A DNA stretch of 64,000 bases from contig CAXXMU010000006.1 of the NCBI GenBank assembly GCA_963667785.2, positions 544,001 to 608,000 of the forward strand, given 5' to 3'. This document shows, piece by piece, positions 59,979 through 64,000 of this stretch. Position 1 is the first letter of the stretch, and each line of letters begins with the position of its first letter. A program made the translations under genes and the position numbers. The notes below the pieces were generated by a model. The model saw only the letters and a program-made list of their open reading frames with translations. It did not search any database and was not told the origin of the DNA. The DNA is from Alphaproteobacteria bacterium. Its GTDB lineage: Bacteria; Pseudomonadota; Alphaproteobacteria; UBA828.

Positions 59979-62282
59979 ATGGCAACCGCCAAGCAGGAGA
60001 TCGGGAACGGCAACGGCTCGCTCAAGTATGTCGGCACGCGGCCGGTCCGCCCGGACGGAGTCGACAAGGTAACCGGCAGGGCCAGGTTCGGTGCCGACAT
60101 ATCGCTGCCCGGGATGCTGGTGGGCCGGGTGCTCCGCAGCCCGCATGCACATGCGCGCATCCGCTCCATCGATACCTCGAAGGCCCGGGCGCTGCCGGGC
60201 GTGAAGGCGGTCGTCACCCGTGACGAGATGCCGGAGGTTCCTTCCCAGTGGGTGCCGGCCGGCGAGGTCCAGGTCAACTACCGCGACATGTCCCAGAACG
60301 TCATGGCGCGGGAGAAGGCGCTCTACGACGGCCACGCCGTCGCCGCCGTGGCCGCGACGTCCGCCGCCATCGCCAAGCAGGCACTCGACCTGATCGAGGT
60401 GGACTACGAGGTGCTGCCGCACGTGATCGACGTGCGCGAGGCGATGAAGCCGGACGCGCCCGTGCTGCACGACGACATGTTCACCCAGGGCGTGGAGCCT
60501 GTGCCGGAGACGCCGTCGAACGTCTTCAAGAAGGTCTACTTCTCGACGGGCGACCTGGAGAAGGGATTCACCGAGGCCGACGTGATCGTCGAGCGCACCT
60601 TCACCACCAAGCCGGTCCACCAGGGCTACATCGAGCCCCACGCGGTGGTCGCGAGCGCCGGCGAGGACGGGCAGTGCGAGGTCTGGTGCTGCACCCAGGG
60701 GCAGTTCACCGTGCGCGCCTACTGCGCCAACCTGCTCGGCATCGACATCGGCAACATCAACGTGACCCCGTCGGAGATCGGCGGCGGCTTCGGCGGCAAG
60801 ACCGTGGTCTATCTGGAGCCGATCGCGCTCAGGCTCTCCCAGCTCGCCGGCCGGCCGGTCAAGATCGTGATGTCGCGCGAGGAGGTTTTCCGGGCCAGCG
60901 GGCCGACCTCGGGTGGCGCCATGACGATCAAGATGGGCGCCACCAGGGACGGCAGGATCACCGCCGCCAAGGCGTGGCTCGCCTATCAGGCCGGCGCCTT
61001 CCCCGGCTCGCCGATCCAGCCCGGCTGCATGTGCGTCTTCGCCCCCTATGACATCGAGAACGCCGAGGTCGAGGGCTTCGACGTCGTGGTGAACCGGCCC
61101 AAGGTCGCTGCCTACCGCGCGCCGGGGGCGCCGATCTCCGAGTTCGCGGCCGAGGCCGTGGTCGACGAGATCGCCAAGACGCTCGATATCGACCCCGCCG
61201 AGTTCCGCATCATGAACGCGGCGAAGGAGGGCACCCGCGCGCTCTACGGGCCCAAGTTCGGCCCGGTCGGCTGCATCGAGACGCTGGAGGCCGCGCGCAG
61301 CAGCGAGCACTACAAAACGCCGCTCGGCCCCAACCAGGGGCGCGGCATCGCCACCGGCTTCTGGTTCAACATCGGCGGCGAATCCTGCGCCACCATCAAC
61401 GTCAACGAGGACGGCACGGCGACCGTGATCGAGGGCAACCCCGACATCGGCGGCTCGCGCGCCTCGATCCAGCTCCAGGCGGCCGAGGCCCTCGGCATCC
61501 CGCCGGAGAGGGTGCGCCCGCTGGTCGCCGACACCAACTCCATCGGCTACACCTTCCTCACCGGCGGCAGCCGCGTCACCTTCGCCACCGGCATGGCGGC
61601 GATCGAGGCGGCAGGCAAGATCGTCGAGCAGCTGCGCGAGCGTGCCGCCAAGATCTGGGACATCCCCATCGAGGCGGTGGAATGGGAGGACGGCTACGCC
61701 AAGCCCGCCGGCAGCAATGCCGGCGAGTTCGAGCCCATGAGCCTCGGCGAGATCGCGGCCCAGGCCGGCAAGACCGGCGGCCCGATCGCGGCGACGGCGT
61801 CCATCAACGCGCAAGGGGCGGGCCCCGGCTTCGGCACCCATGTATGCGACGTGGAGGTCGACCGCGAGACTGGGCGTGTCACCGTTCTCCGCTACACCGC
61901 GGTGCAGGATGCCGGCAAGGCGGTCCACCCGAGCTACGTCGAGGGCCAGATCCAGGGCGGCGCCGCCCAGGGCATCGGCTGGGCGCTCAACGAGGAGTAC
62001 ATCTACGACGAGCAGGGCCGGCTGGAGAATCCCGGCTTCCTCGACTACCGCATGCCCGTGGCCTCCGACCTGCCGATGATCGACGCGGTCATCGTCGAGG
62101 TGCCGAACCCGAATCACCCCTACGGCGTGCGCGGCGTCGGCGAGACCCCGATTGTGCCGCCGATGGCGGCGGTCGCGAACGCGATCGAGAACGCGACCGG
62201 CATCCGCATGACCGATCTGCCGATGTCGCCGCCCAGGCTCTTGGCGGCGATGGACAACGGCGGGGCCAACGGCGGCGGCTGA
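59979..62282 (+). CDS. Xanthine dehydrogenase-family molybdopterin subunit (CoxL-like, not a true CODH)
   Basis: GGGFGGK, AYRAPG, GQIQGG..QGIG and GVGE motifs. Confidence 0.92.
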   Translation: MATAKQEIGNGNGSLKYVGTRPVRPDGVDKVTGRARFGADISLPGMLVGRVLRSPHAHARIRSIDTSKARALPGVKAVVTRDEMPEVPSQWVPAGEVQVNYRDMSQNVMAREKALYDGHAVAAVAATSAAIAKQALDLIEVDYEVLPHVIDVREAMKPDAPVLHDDMFTQGVEPVPETPSNVFKKVYFSTGDLEKGFTEADVIVERTFTTKPVHQGYIEPHAVVASAGEDGQCEVWCCTQGQFTVRAYCANLLGIDIGNINVTPSEIGGGFGGKTVVYLEPIALRLSQLAGRPVKIVMSREEVFRASGPTSGGAMTIKMGATRDGRITAAKAWLAYQAGAFPGSPIQPGCMCVFAPYDIENAEVEGFDVVVNRPKVAAYRAPGAPISEFAAEAVVDEIAKTLDIDPAEFRIMNAAKEGTRALYGPKFGPVGCIETLEAARSSEHYKTPLGPNQGRGIATGFWFNIGGESCATINVNEDGTATVIEGNPDIGGSRASIQLQAAEALGIPPERVRPLVADTNSIGYTFLTGGSRVTFATGMAAIEAAGKIVEQLRERAAKIWDIPIEAVEWEDGYAKPAGSNAGEFEPMSLGEIAAQAGKTGGPIAATASINAQGAGPGFGTHVCDVEVDRETGRVTVLRYTAVQDAGKAVHPSYVEGQIQGGAAQGIGWALNEEYIYDEQGRLENPGFLDYRMPVASDLPMIDAVIVEVPNPNHPYGVRGVGETPIVPPMAAVANAIENATGIRMTDLPMSPPRLLAAMDNGGANGGG

Positions 62283-62286
62283 GCTC

Positions 62287-62532
62287 TTGGCGCGGGTCGT
62301 CCTGCCGTCGAGCCTCGCCCGCTACACCGGCGGGATCACCGAGCTCGAGGTCGAGGCGGCCGACATTCGGGGCGTGATCCGCGCGCTGGACGCCCGCTAC
62401 ACGGGCATCGGGCGCGAGCTGGAGGAGGGCATGGCCGTCGCCCTCGATGGCCAGATCCACCAGGACGACCTGTTCGCCACGGTCCGGCCTGAGAGCGAGG
62501 TCTGCTTCCTGCCCCGGATCGGTGGCGGATAG
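62287..62532 (+). CDS. MoaD/ThiS-family sulfur carrier
   Basis: 81 aa, beta-grasp-like, C-terminal GG. Confidence 0.85.
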   Translation: MARVVLPSSLARYTGGITELEVEAADIRGVIRALDARYTGIGRELEEGMAVALDGQIHQDDLFATVRPESEVCFLPRIGGG

Positions 62533-62550
62533 TTCGAGGCCCGAGGACGC

Positions 62551-63744
62551 CTACTCCGCCGCCGTGGGGGCGGCAGCGTCGCGGCCGGTGAGGCCGAGCC
62601 AGGCGAGGCCCGCCAGCACCACGGCCAGGAAGGGCAGCACGGCGTAGTTCATCGCCTGCCAGCCCACCGCCTCGTGCAGCGCGCCGGAGAGCAGCGCCGC
62701 CGCAGCCACGCCGGTGAAGACGGTGAAGTCGTGGGCGGCTTGGGTCTTCGCCTTCTCCGCCGGGCTGTGAATCTCGGTCACCAGCGTCGTACCGCCGGTG
62801 AACAGGAAGTTCCAGCCGACCCCCAGCAGGACCAGGGCGAGCTGGAAGTTGACCAGCTCTATGCCCTGGAGGTTGGCGACGGCGCAGAGCCCGATCAGCA
62901 GCGCGCCGCAGGCCATGATCGTCTTCGTTCCGAAACGCCTGATCAGGTGGCCGGTGACAAAGGCGGGCGCGAACATGCCGAGCACGTGCCACTGGATCGT
63001 CTGCGCCGAGTCCGAGAAACCGAAGCCGCAGAACTTCATGGCCAGCGGGGTCGCGGTCATCAGCAGCGACATCATCGCGTAACCGACCAGTGAGCCGAGC
63101 ACGGCGACCACGAACGTCGGCTGACGCATGATGGTGAGCAGCGGCCGGCCCGTGCTGCTGCGCTCCTCCTCGTCGGGCGGCGGAATGGTGATGAAACGCA
63201 GCACCACGAGCGTGGCCACGTAGAGCGCGGCCACGCTGGCGAAGACGCCCGCGAAGGCGATGGGTGCGAACAGGTCCTGCGACCAGTCGGCGAGCAGCGG
63301 GCCCACAGAGGCGATCACGCCGCCGGCCAGTACCAGCGAGATCGCCCGGCTCTTGAAGGCCTCGCTTGCGGCGTCGGCGGCGGCGAAACGGTAGTACTGG
63401 GCGAAACCGTTGGCGCCGCCGATCAGCGCAAGGCCTGCGCAGAAGAGTACGAAGCTCCCTTCCATGATCGCCCAGAAGCCGATGAGCGCGCCGGCAAGCC
63501 CGATGACGGCGCCCACGGTGAAGCCGTCGCGCCGGCCGATGCGCTTCATCAGCAGCGATGCCGGCACCGTCGCCACCATCGTCATCACGAACTGGATGCC
63601 GATCGGGAGCGTCGCCAGCACCTTGGTATCGGCGAGCCCATGCCCGATCAGGGCGGCCGCAGCGACCACCGCTGACATCGAGGTGAGGAAGAGCGCCTGG
63701 CAGGTGGCGAGGAGCGCCACGTCGCGGGCGCCTGAGCGGACCAT
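62551..63744 (-). CDS. MFS transporter
   Basis: About 12 TM segments; MKRIGRRDGF, YRFAAAD and QWHVLGMFAP motifs. Confidence 0.9.
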   Translation of the reverse strand: MVRSGARDVALLATCQALFLTSMSAVVAAAALIGHGLADTKVLATLPIGIQFVMTMVATVPASLLMKRIGRRDGFTVGAVIGLAGALIGFWAIMEGSFVLFCAGLALIGGANGFAQYYRFAAADAASEAFKSRAISLVLAGGVIASVGPLLADWSQDLFAPIAFAGVFASVAALYVATLVVLRFITIPPPDEEERSSTGRPLLTIMRQPTFVVAVLGSLVGYAMMSLLMTATPLAMKFCGFGFSDSAQTIQWHVLGMFAPAFVTGHLIRRFGTKTIMACGALLIGLCAVANLQGIELVNFQLALVLLGVGWNFLFTGGTTLVTEIHSPAEKAKTQAAHDFTVFTGVAAAALLSGALHEAVGWQAMNYAVLPFLAVVLAGLAWLGLTGRDAAAPTAAE

Positions 63745-63896
63745 GCCCGACGATAGCACATCGCGCCGGCGCCCGGCCGGGATCGCACGCGCCTAGGCTT
63801 GCCGGCGACGCCGGATGCGCGCATCCTGCCGCGCCGCTCCGGCCGTGCGGGCACGGCCGGAGCCGCCTGAGGGCGCCAGATCCCGGAGCCCACGCC

Positions 63897-64000
63897 ATGA
63901 GCAGCCGCATCCTCTGTCGCCTCGACGAGATTCCCGATCCGGGGTCGAAGGGATTCGAATTCGGAGAGGGCGCCGGGCTGCGCTCGATCTTCGTCGTGCG
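63897..64000 (+). CDS. Probable Rieske (2Fe-2S) ferredoxin, 5' fragment
   Basis: MSSRILCRLDEIPDPGSKGF...IFVV resembles the N-terminus of small Rieske proteins; the CxH motifs lie outside the window. Confidence 0.6.
   Translation, partial: MSSRILCRLDEIPDPGSKGFEFGEGAGLRSIFVV

Noticed and set aside
59979-62282. Aerobic CO dehydrogenase
   Set aside because: It lacks the AYxCSFR Cu-binding loop, and no coxDEFG genes are adjacent.

Overview
GC-rich alphaproteobacterial chromosome segment (gene content suggests a Rhodospirillales-like organism; this is inference). I found no rRNA, tRNA, CRISPR array or transposase. Core genes (tkt-gap-pgk-fbaB, pmm, dac, kdsB/cycM, rsmB-rpe, cspA, nfi) alternate with accessory catabolic and transport modules. 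The best candidates for undescribed systems are: (1) a methylated-amine module, with a trimethylamine dehydrogenase divergent from an ATPase-less Liv-type ABC importer across three FadR-type operators at exact 28-bp spacing, plus a divergent Amt with a small partner ORF; (2) a membrane LytTR / DUF2141 / Tat-exported carotenoid oxygenase unit with a 9-12-9 direct-repeat operator; (3) six copies of a modular ~230-bp CTAG-bounded MITE/REP element, four of them fused to TAG stop codons. Also notable: an orphan ureE-ureG-monooxygenase operon, a one-lobed TAXI binding protein, and an ABC importer whose two ATPases place all degenerate motifs in one composite site. All calls come from reading motifs by eye; no searches were run.
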